The notes: generated from the letters alone by a model not told the origin. Positions 13,114 through 23,239 are shown, counted from the whole stretch's first letter. The stretch: DNA of 64,000 nucleotides, filler included, from Octopus bimaculoides (GCF_001194135.2; 5 parts of 5 records of this genome joined end to end with filler, not necessarily neighbours in it); one strand, 5' to 3'. A program made the numbers and translations.

Positions 13114-14744
13114 CTGAAATTTTGAAAAACAATATATATATATATGTTAAATCTCTGAACGAAGTATTAACAGTAACTGCACGACAAGGTGTAGTATATT
13201 TGCCACTTAAATGTGGCTGACCCCTAAGGGTGGATGTTACTGTTGCTTTTAGCCCCAGGAGAACATCTCCTCCAGCTGGCTATCGACACACATATGTGTC
13301 CTGTCTGTATTTGCAAAGGGGAGTTATCCTTCCCATCTTGATCTGCGATACGTACGGACTCGAGTTTCTGGGTATTTTCCCGTCCTCAGCGCACAACAAT
13401 CGCCGACTTTCGATGCNNNNNNNNNNNNNNNNNNNNNNNNNNNNNNNNNNNNNNNNNNNNNNNNNNNNNNNNNNNNNNNNNNNNNNNNNNNNNNNNNNNN
13501 NNNNNNNNNNNNNNNNNNNNNNNNNNNNNNNNNNNNNNNNNNNNNNNNNNNNNNNNNNNNNNNNNNNNNNNNNNNNNNNNNNNNNNNNNNNNNNNNNNNN
13601 NNNNNNNNNNNNNNNNNNNNNNNNNNNNNNNNNNNNNNNNNNNNNNNNNNNNNNNNNNNNNNNNNNNNNNNNNNNNNNNNNNNNNNNNNNNNNNNNNNNN
13701 NNNNNNNNNNNNNNNNNNNNNNNNNNNNNNNNNNNNNNNNNNNNNNNNNNNNNNNNNNNNNNNNNNNNNNNNNNNNNNNNNNNNNNNNNNNNNNNNNNNN
13801 NNNNNNNNNNNNNNNNNNNNNNNNNNNNNNNNNNNNNNNNNNNNNNNNNNNNNNNNNNNNNNNNNNNNNNNNNNNNNNNNNNNNNNNNNNNNNNNNNNNN
13901 NNNNNNNNNNNNNNNNNNNNNNNNNNNNNNNNNNNNNNNNNNNNNNNNNNNNNNNNNNNNNNNNNNNNNNNNNNNNNNNNNNNNNNNNNNNNNNNNNNNN
14001 NNNNNNNNNNNNNNNNNNNNNNNNNNNNNNNNNNNNNNNNNNNNNNNNNNNNNNNNNNNNNNNNNNNNNNNNNNNNNNNNNNNNNNNNNNNNNNNNNNNN
14101 NNNNNNNNNNNNNNNNNNNNNNNNNNNNNNNNNNNNNNNNNNNNNNNNNNNNNNNNNNNNNNNNNNNNNNNNNNNNNNNNNNNNNNNNNNNNNNNNNNNN
14201 NNNNNNNNNNNNNNNNNNNNNNNNNNNNNNNNNNNNNNNNNNNNNNNNNNNNNNNNNNNNNNNNNNNNNNNNNNNNNNNNNNNNNNNNNNNNNNNNNNNN
14301 NNNNNNNNNNNNNNNTATCTCCCTTGAAAACACGTTCATCGTTTCAACATAACCTAAGGTGGCGTTGCTGTTTCCAAAGTTTATTTTCATTTCTCTATTA
14401 GTAATTTTACTCACGTTGTGTGTGTATCATTCAAGTTTTAGGTAATTGTTGTTTCTTTTTAGTTGTATGGTGAAACTAGCTTGCTGTTGTCATTGATGTA
14501 ATATAACTGCTTCAGATGATTCCTGTTTTTAAAGGAGGGGTGAGTTAAATCACATGGCCAAGATTATGTTTTTGCTGGCGTTGGTTTGGAAAATTGGCCG
14601 ATTTTCAGCATGCGATTTTCTTCTTATAGCCCTGATCTGCCACTCTCAGCAATTCTGCAGAAAAGGTTAAGCATGTTGCTTTATCCTCTCATAAATTGAT
14701 TTTAACACAGGCCACACAAACTGATGGAAAAAGGAACAATCAAT

Positions 14745-15030
14745 TATATCAACCCAGCACGTGACTGCTATTTTATTTTATCAACCCTAGAAGACGAAAA
14801 GACAAAGTCAACCTTGGTGAAATTTGAACTCCAAATTTAAAGAACCAGAACAAATATAACAACGTATTTTGTCCACTTCCCTAACACAGCCACAATATTT
14901 GACTCCTTTATTTTGACTCCAGAAGGGTAAGAAGCAGAGTTAATGTTGAAGGGATTTGAACCCAGAATATAAAGTGTCATAACTAAATACTGCAAGATAT
15001 TTCGTTAACATTAACGATTCTGATAATTCA
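14745..15030 (-). mobile_element. Old SINE family B copies (two, CpG-decayed)
   Basis: AAAGTCAACCTTGGTGAAATTTGAACTC and GGGATTTGAACCCAG blocks. Confidence 0.6.
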
Positions 15031-15114
15031 CTGCTCTTACCAAAGCAGATATTGAGAGTGAGAAGTTTCAACAGTCACCACTACCAAAAGAAAAAAAAAA
15101 GAAAAAAAGCTTAC

Positions 15115-15211
15115 CCTTGACGGCTTGCATCCTGACACATGACCAGATAGGTTTCCTGTAGTAAAATAACCGATTGCGGAAATGACAGCTGTCTGTGACG
15201 TAGAAACTGTC
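15115..15211 (-). CDS. TERT: TERT exon f (T motif): DSFYVTDSCHFRNRLFYYRKPIWSCVRMQAVK
   Basis: Acceptor tatcgtcAG, donor AGG|GTAAGC, 97 nt, phase 0-1. It matches the telomerase T motif (human [22 protein letters not shown]). Confidence 0.93.
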
Positions 15212-15245
15212 CTGACGATATGCCAAAACAAACCCAAAATTAGTG

Positions 15246-15285
<40 letters not shown>

Positions 15286-15439
15286 ATTTTCAATAATAAG
15301 AATAATTAGATAAAATACTCCTAGACATACATCCTACTTTGAAATAAGTAAGACCTATGTCTGAAATATTGAGAATTTATTTTTATTTTTCATCACAGCA
15401 AATACATGTTTATTGAAAAAGATCACCAGTGAGGAAATC

Positions 15440-15814
15440 TTGTTGGCACTCCATCGCTTATGGCGTCGAGGGTTCCAGTTGATCCGATCAACGGAACAGC
15501 CTGCTCGTGAAATTAACGTGCAAGTGGCTGAGCACTCCACAGACACGTGTACCCTTAACGTAGTTCTCGGGGATATTCAGCATGACACAGAGTGTGACAA
15601 GGCTGACCCTTTGAATTACAGAAACAGGAAGAAAGAGCGAGAGAAAGTTGTGGTGAAAGAGTACCACAGGGTTCGCCACCATCCCCTGCCGGAGCCTCGT
15701 GGAGCTTTAGGTGTTTTCGCTCAATAAACACTCACAACGCCCGGTCTGGGAATCGAAACCGTGATCCTATGACCGCGAGTCCGCTGCCCTAACCACTGGA
15801 CCATTGCGCCTCCA
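15440..15814 (-). mobile_element. Full-length tRNA-derived SINE family C with 13-bp target-site duplication, in a TERT intron
   Basis: The head TGTGGAGGCGCAATGGTCCAGTGGTTAGGGCAG..GGTTTCGATTCCC carries A/B boxes. The TSD CAGTGAGGAAATC is at 15427-15439 and 15815-15827. Confidence 0.9.
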
Positions 15815-15933
15815 CAGTGAGGAAATCACATAAGGATCATATTCTCATCCAGAAGCAGACATCCTGAAGCAATGCTAAGTTCAGTTTACCTTGAAGAAGC
15901 AAGGTGAAATTCCATTGAAGAAGAGTACTGTAC

Positions 15934-16044
15934 CTTTATTAATGGAAGTATAACCTCGTTGAAGAGCCACATGATAAGTTGGGTGAGAAACCTACTTCTC
16001 CAAGACTGGGATGGTATTTTCTTCAACCAGGCACAACATGAAGT
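15934..16044 (-). CDS. TERT: TERT exon e: TSCCAWLKKIPSQSWRSRFLTQLIMWLFNEVILPLIK
   Basis: Acceptor tatattttcAG, donor AAG|GTACAG, 111 nt, phase 0-0. It matches the C.WL...L..F..WL....V..LL pattern that precedes the T motif. Confidence 0.9.
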
Positions 16045-16679
16045 CTGAAAATATACAACATTATTGCTTCACAACATGTACAATTATTTCACAGCAACTA
16101 TGCCTCACTAGTCTCAGCAGTTTGAATATGTTCCTTCCCCTTCTGTCCTTTTCTCTGTGCAGCTAAATAAATAAACTCAGAATAAACTCGGCTTGCGAAG
16201 ACATGTTGGGGCAAGCGAAAGCGAAATCGTCATGGCACCTGTGCCCAGCATCGCCTTTCTGGAACTTGTGCCGGACGGGATATGTAAAGACATTCGAGCG
16301 AGATCGTTGCCAGTGCCAGTTTTAAATGATCGGATCAACTGGAACCCTCGACGTCGTAAGCGACGGAGTGCCAACAACAACTTATATATTCTTATATTGT
16401 TTATAAGTTGGATAAACAGAATTTTAAGGAGGTTTTATTAATCCAATGTCTGCATCTGATTATTAACTCATTACTTTTATTAATGAAACCTAATTAGCAT
16501 CTTAGAATCTCAAGTGCCTCTGTAGAAATAACTTAAATGACATGTATGAGCACCAGTGTATAGAAGCAGTGGCTCCCAAGAAGAAATTACTTCCACTCCA
16601 TGCCACCATGGGAACTAGGTGTCAAATGATAATAATGAGAAGAATAACTGTAAGAGAGTTATATCTATCTATCTATCTA

Positions 16680-17385
16680 TCTACTCTTTACTCTTTTACT
16701 TGTTTCAGTCATTTGACTGTGGCCATGCTGGAGCACCGCCTTTAGTCGAGTAAATCAATCCCAGGACTTATTCTTTGGAAGCCTAGTACTTATTCTATCG
16801 GTCTCTTTTTGCCGAACTGTCAAGCGATGTTGGGGGGACAGACACAGACACACAAATATATACACACACATACATACATACNNNNNNNNNNNNNNNNNNN
16901 NNNNNNNNNNNNNNNNNNNNNNNNNNNNNNNNNNNNNNNNNNNNNNNNNNNNNNNNNNNNNNNNNNNNNNNNNNNNNNNNNNNNNNNNNNNNNNNNNNNN
17001 NNNNNNNNNNNNNNNNNNNNNNNNNNNNNNNNNNNNNNNNNNNNNNNNNNNNNNNNNNNNNNNNNNNNNNNNNNNNNNNNNNNNNNNNNNNNNNNNNNNN
17101 NNNNNNNNNNNNNNNNNNNNNNNNNNNNNNNNNNNNNNNNNNNNNNNNNNNNNNNNNNNNNNNNNNNNNNNNNNNNNNNNNNNNNNNNNNNNNNNNNNAT
17201 ATATATATATATATATACATATATACGACAGGCTTCTTTCAGTTTCCGTCTACCAAATCCACTCACAAGGCTTTGGTCGGCCCGAGGCTATAGTAGAAGA
17301 CACTTGCCCAAGGTGCCATGCAGTGGGACTGAACCCAGAACCATGTGGTTGGTAAGCAAGCTACTTACCACACACCCACTCCTAC
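16680..17385 (-). mobile_element. SINE family A, full copy interrupted by an N gap at its internal microsatellite
   Basis: The 3' body (16680-16881) and the head (17199-17385) both match 35686-36125. Confidence 0.85.
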
Positions 17386-17856
17386 TATCTATCTTTCTTT
17401 CTTTCTTTTACTTGTTTCAGTCATTCTGAAATGTACTCATACATCACCATCACATATACAGACATATATCATCATCCACTTTTCCATGGGTCACAGATTT
17501 TCTACAGCTGGATGCCCTTCCTGTCATTAACCTTCATATATTCCGCAAGCAAGGTAATATCTCATGTTTTGATAGGAGAGGGGAAATGAGCAACACTGCT
17601 TGTATGACATTGACACTTGCCTATGACTTTCATGCAACGCCAAGGTAAGGGACACTAACACACACACACACACTTACATTACATAATATGCATTGTACGT
17701 GATGAGGATTGATGATAAATATAATTTAATCAGATCCGAGATACATATAAGTTAGGTCAGCATGGAATATAATTTAATTAGGTGAGTTATAAATAAAATT
17801 TAATAAGATCATTGATAAATATAATTTAATTAGATAAATTGTAAATATAATTTTAC

Positions 17857-17927
17857 CTTCATTCCATGCATAAGTTCTCCAAGACTGAGTTTTTCATATT
17901 TTCCCATGAACACAAACCGTTTAACAT
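17857..17927 (-). CDS. TERT: TERT exon d (QFP region): (H)VKRFVFMGKYEKLSLGELMHGMK
   Basis: 71 nt, phase 1-0, donor AAG|GTAAAA. The acceptor (aattaaAG) is purine-rich. It aligns with human [22 protein letters not shown]. Confidence 0.88.
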
Positions 17928-18089
17928 CTTTAATTTTCATTTTAAGGAAACAATAATGACAACAGCATGGAAAGCAGATGTTAAACAATGACGATGACGA
18001 TGACGACGATGACGACTGTGTGTGTGATTATTACTGACATGATCCTTGAGATATGAAATTCATAGTTATAAATATGAGATAAAGGATAC

Positions 18090-18177
18090 GTTTGAGGAAA
18101 AGGTTTCGGTTGTGATTCGATCCAAACAATTCTACAGGGACCAAACGTTTGACACACACTTTGAGGAAAACATATAC
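18090..18177 (-). CDS. TERT: TERT exon c (QFP): VYVFLKVCVKRLVPVELFGSNHNRNLFLK
   Basis: Acceptor ttttacttttAG, donor AAC|GTATCC, 88 nt, phase 0-1. It aligns with human [29 protein letters not shown]. Confidence 0.92.
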
Positions 18178-18254
18178 CTAAAAGTAAAAGAAGAACAAGA
18201 CCAAGTTGATGATGATGATATTACTGTTGTTGCTTTCAGTGGCTTGTTACAAAT

Positions 18255-18455
18255 TTCTTATTTCTTTATTGCCCACAAGGGGCTAAACATAGAGGGGACA
18301 AACAAGGACAGACAAAGGGATTAAGTCGATTACATCGACCCCAGTGCGTAACTGGTACTTTATTTATCGACCCCCGAAAGGATGAAAGGCAAAGTCGACC
18401 TCAGCGGAATTTGAACTCAGAATGTAACGGCAGACGAAATACCGTTAAGCATTTA
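18255..18455 (-). mobile_element. SINE family B, young copy
   Basis: Near-identical to 12055-12250; CpGs are retained. Confidence 0.85.
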
Positions 18456-18539
18456 ATTTTAATTTTTAATAAATTTTAATTGAGTTTTTACCTGTAATTT
18501 TGGATTTTTATCCCTAATATATATATATAATACAAAGAA

Positions 18540-18790
18540 TATGTATGCATGTATACCCACATATATGTACATACTTACATCTACATGTGTATATAGATGC
18601 ATATCAGGGTACAGGACATTAGAAAAATGAACTACAGACAATGGAACGAACACATAGGAAAACAGATAGCCTCTTGGAATTAATCCTTCGTCAGCTGCCT
18701 CTATTCTAACTAGACATTTCGAAGATAAGGCAGAACGTACTCTAGAATAGTCTCTTCCTGAGCAGTGGATCGACCCACTAAACACACACA
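18540..18790 (-). repeat. Dispersed repeat, also at ~20560-20730 (-) and ~47745-48020 (+); possibly a Penelope terminal-repeat relic
   Basis: Shared block CAGCTGATGAAGG...CCTGTACCC(A/G)GATATGCATCTATATATACATGTAGATGTAGG. The Penelope assignment is inference. Confidence 0.55.
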
Positions 18791-18918
18791 CACACTGTCT
18801 GAAAAGAAAGACAAGATGTCCACCTCAATTGTAACATCACTGCCTGATTAATTAATTAACACTGTACTGAGATGGAGATAAACGGCAATAATCAGAAGAA
18901 AGAATATAAAACACTCAC

Positions 18919-19040
18919 CTGTTGATGGGACACAACATCACAAACTAATCTTCTGATGGTTGGAGCCTTGCGCAGATGGCATGATTTTTTGTTAGAAACC
19001 ACGCGATTTGTGTCAATACTTCCCACCTTTCGATGCGGTG
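18919..19040 (-). CDS. TERT: TERT exon b (CP-QFP linker): (A)PHRKVGSIDTNRVVSNKKSCHLRKAPTIRRLVCDVVSHQQ
   Basis: Acceptor tttctgttgtAG, donor CAG|GTGAGT, 122 nt, phase 1-0. Only one frame is open. SHQQ|VYVF reproduces the S..QVYGF start of QFP. Confidence 0.88.
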
Positions 19041-19235
19041 CTACAACAGAAATATATCATACAGAAGGTTGATAATGGTGGTGGTGGTGGTGGTGCTAAT
19101 CATAGCTATGATGATGATAGCAGAGTGGTGATAGTGATGTGATGAGAATAGTTGTTGTTAACTATAAAACTGAACAATTTCCAAGGCTACCCACTAGGTT
19201 TTAAATAAACTTTGTGACTAGATTGCTGTGCTTAC

Positions 19236-19345
19236 CACTTGAATGACTTGTTTTCTTATTTAGATGTGTATAAAGGTTGAGCGATTTAGCATTTTCTGTG
19301 CTTATGGCACAATAACGGTCCAAAATCTTCAAGTAATAACATTTT
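19236..19345 (-). CDS. TERT: TERT exon a (CP motif): KCYYLKILDRYCAISTENAKSLNLYTHLNKKTSHSS
   Basis: Acceptor tattatttcAG, donor GTG|GTAAGC, 110 nt, phase 2-1. KCYYLKILDRYCAI aligns with the human CP motif QCPYGVLLKTHCPL. Confidence 0.85.
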
Positions 19346-19349
19346 CTGA

Positions 19350-19393
<44 letters not shown>

Positions 19394-19395
<2 letters not shown>

Positions 19396-19624
19396 TTCAG
19401 ACAAATACATAGCAAAAACACCAGGACTTACAAATATATATAACATACAGAAAATTGCACTACTGGGTACTGCACACATCCTATGCAAAACACTTTCAAT
19501 ACAGTAACCATAAGAGCACCACAGCAAACCACAGCACATACCCAAGGCGCACAGAGCTGCGCTTGGTAGTGAAGTGAAAGCACATTATAAAAATAAAACT
19601 ACTGAATAATAATAATAATAATAA
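19394..19624 (+). mobile_element. Short 5'-truncated R4/Dong-like LINE 3' end embedded in (TAA)n
   Basis: Encodes KTPGLTNIYNIQKIALLGTAHILCKTLSIQ*, the QK..LLGTA.IL C-terminal signature of these elements. TAA repeats flank both sides. Confidence 0.8.
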
Positions 19625-20037
19625 ATAACAACAACGACAATTTTACTTTTCATCTTCCTGGGGTTGATAGAGTACCAATCCTGAGAAGAAGCTTGGCTAA
19701 ATTGTTAGAACATTGGGCAAGGTACTTTGCACTATCATTTGTGGTTCTGCATTTTAGTGACAGCACTCGTGGCAATGCTGTAGCCAGATGTATAGCACTT
19801 GCATCTCCCTTGGAGAACATAAGTGATGTGAAGAGTGGAGTCTGCTAGTCTTCCTTATGAAACAAACTGACAATTTGGAAAGGAATTTTCTAAAGTAACA
19901 TCAGACATTGTAATGCCTTAGATTGCAGATTATTAAAATTTGAAGAAATTTGTTATGACAATATACTTAGTCCAGCGCTCCACATTTCGGTCGCTCTCAT
20001 TCCTTACTCTAACAAATCATAGACAAATGAACAAAAA

Positions 20038-20213
20038 TAGGTGTAGGAGTGGCTGTGTTGTAAGTAGCTTGCTTACCAACCACATGGTTCCGGGTTCAGT
20101 CCCACTGTGTGGCACCTTGGGCAAGTGTCTTCTACTATAGCCTCGGGCTGACCAAAGCCTTGTGAGTGGATTTGGTAGACGGAAACTGAAAGAAGACTGT
20201 CGTATATATGTAT
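20038..20213 (+). mobile_element. SINE family A head
   Basis: Matches 35686-35850. Confidence 0.85.
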
Positions 20214-20257
20214 NNNNNNNNNNNNNNNNNNNNNNNNNNNNNNNNNNNNNNNNNNNN

Positions 20258-20269
20258 TTAATTAATTAA
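20258..20269. other. Artificial scaffold-join marker
   Basis: N44-TTAATTAATTAA-N44. Confidence 0.9.
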
Positions 20270-20472
20270 NNNNNNNNNNNNNNNNNNNNNNNNNNNNNNN
20301 NNNNNNNNNNNNNGTGCGTAAACTTCAAAATTTGATGCGAGTGACAATCGCTGGGAAGGTTTTTTTAAAATTTGTCATACGGTTGTATTACTGTGACATG
20401 ATTTCAATTCCTGTATGGATAAAACTTCACCTCCCCCCACACACATATAACACGTGTACATATATATATATG

Positions 20473-20504
<32 letters not shown>

Positions 20505-21284
20505 CATACATACGTACATATAATACAAATAATATGAGTATATGCATAGATACGTACATGTATGTACATACCTACATCTACATGTATATATAGATGCATA
20601 TCTGGGTACAGGACGTTGCAAAAAAAAACGTGGACAAAATGATAAACAGAGTACAGAAAACACACAGGTCACATAGAGAACATTTCCTTCATCAGCTGCC
20701 ACCATTCTAAAACTAAGCGTTAAGAAGAGTTAGGGCAGGACGCATTGTTAGAATGGTTCTTCCCACGGACCACAAATTAAATTTGTACCGTGGAGGAATG
20801 TAGTGGCGGACAGAAAACAAGACAGGAAACCTAAACAGTGAAAATAAACAAGAAACGCTATACGGCCAGACGTGATACATACATACGTACATATGTATAT
20901 ATACATATATATAATATATAAAATATTAATATGCTTATGTTGCATATACTGTATCTAAATATTCATAATACTTTATATAACGCATATTGTATATAGATGT
21001 ATGTATATATTCATAAATATAAACGTACATATATATTCATATACATGTATAAAACGTCTACATGTGCGTATTCTTTGAGATTTATTTAAGAACTTGGCAG
21101 CATTGAATCTTGTCACTAACAAAGTGACAATGTTTTTTTTTTGTCTCGTTCAAGACAGCTCTAGAGATTTGTGAACATTGCTATTTAATATATGCATAGT
21201 TATATGTAGGCGCGCAAGACGGGCACATTTCTCTTTTTGATGCATGTGTGTGTGTGTGTGTTTGTGTGTGTAAAGCAAATGCAT

Positions 21285-21610
21285 ATATGGGATCTTGTGT
21301 AATGTTTATTTTATTTTATTATTTATGCGCCCTTTTAAAGCCTAGCCAGGCTCAAGGGCCCGGTTTCCCGGCTTCTATGGCATATGTGTTCCCTCTCCTA
21401 GCTGGACGGGAAGCCAGTCCATCGCAGCGTTACTCAAGAAACAGGAAGAAGGAGTGAGAGAAAATTGAGGCGAAAGAGTACAATAGAGGTCACCACCACC
21501 CCCTGCCGGAGCCTCGTGGAGCTTCAGGTGTTTTCGCTCAATAAACACACACAACGCCCGGTCTGGGAATCGAAGCTGCTGCCCTAACCAGTGGCCATTG
21601 CGCCTCCACA
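21285..21610 (-). mobile_element. SINE family C variant with a different 3' tail
   Basis: The head and body match 15620-15814. It then diverges into GCTGCGATGGACTGGCTTCCCGTCCAG...GGCGCATAAATAA(TAAAA). Confidence 0.8.
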
Positions 21611-22859
21611 ATGTTTATTTTACTGTAGCACTAAATGATTGGATTTAGAGGACGCGATTTAGTTTGCTTTTTTCTGTTTTGTGGAAACTTCTGTATTTCA
21701 AGTTTTTTTCTTTTAATGAAATTTGTTCTTATAAAACTGATTGTGCCTTTCGTCAGAGGTAAAATAGAACAAATGGAATGAGGAAATAAGTGGGAGACCG
21801 TTAGACAATGCCAGACGTTATGAATGGTAGACAAAATATACAAAGACAGAAGNNNNNNNNNNNNNNNNNNNNNNNNNNNNNNNNNNNNNNNNNNNNNNNN
21901 NNNNNNNNNNNNNNNNNNNNNNNNNNNNNNNNNNNNNNNNNNNNNNNNNNNNNNNNNNNNNNNNNNNNNNNNNNNNNNNNNNNNNNNNNNNNNNNNNNNN
22001 NNNNNNNNNNNNNNNNNNNNNNNNNNNNNNNNNNNNNNNNNNNNNNNNNNNNNNNNNNNNNNNNNNNNNNNNNNNNNNNNNNNNNNNNNNNNNNNNNNNN
22101 NNNNNNNNNNNNNNNNNNNNNNNNNNNNNNNNNNNNNNNNNNNNNNNNNNNNNNNNNNNNNNAACAAGAGAAAAGAAACAAAAAAAAAGAAACGATACCT
22201 GTTTAAAATTTCTGTGCATCTTTCGACTACATGCTATAGAATGCTTTTATCATAGATATAAATGAAAATCTATAGTAAAGATAGAAGTACCGTAATTTCT
22301 GCATTAGGTCATTTTCTCTTTTACTATAAATTTAAACGAGTCATTCACGTTCACTGATGCCTACAACAGAATTTGACTTTTGTTCTCTATCCCAAAAGAC
22401 AGGTATGTTGAGTTTGCACCGGGTTCCTGCTTTTGTTGGAATGTTCCATTGATAGTCTGTGCCTTTGACAGCATGGGTAGCGTAGTGAACTAACTCTGAC
22501 ACTGCAAATGCATTATCGGACATTGCCGTCTGAATACTAACAGCTCTGGCGTCTATACTTTCTGAAGTCTATTGAATTATACTTTTGTTACTTTGATACT
22601 TGTAGCGTTCGTTACTGGAGAATGGAGAGTTAGAAATGTCATTGATATCCATATTTCTCGTCTTCTCAACAATCTATCCACGATTGATTAACAAATATGA
22701 ACAATTATTCTGAGCAAATTCCATTCCTATGTCCAGTGAGAATGTTGTGATCGGTTCCACCTAGCTCTTATTTACCTACCTGTTCACTTACCTACCTACC
22801 TACCTACTTACCTACCTACCTACCTACCTACCTACCTACATACATACATACATACATAT

Positions 22860-23085
22860 CTGTATTTGTATATGTTTGTGTGTCTATGTTTGTTCCCCCC
22901 ACCATCGCTTGACAACCGATGTTGGTGTGTTTACGTCCCCGTAACATAGCGGTTCGGCAAAAGAGACCGATAGAATAAGTACTAGGCTTACAAGGAATAA
23001 GTCCTGGGGTTGATGCGTTCGAGTAAAGGCGGTGCTCCAGCATGGCCACAGTCAAATGACTGAAACAAGTAAAAGAATAAAGGAA
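22860..23085 (+). mobile_element. SINE family A 3' body
   Basis: Matches 35915-36125. Confidence 0.85.
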
Positions 23086-23110
23086 TAAAAAGAATACACA
23101 CACACACACA

Positions 23111-23168
<58 letters not shown>

Positions 23169-23239
23169 GAGGAAAAGCTTTAGATATATGATTTGGTAAC
23201 TTTGCTACATCTGCCAGGGTAGTTTCAGCCCATGTGATA

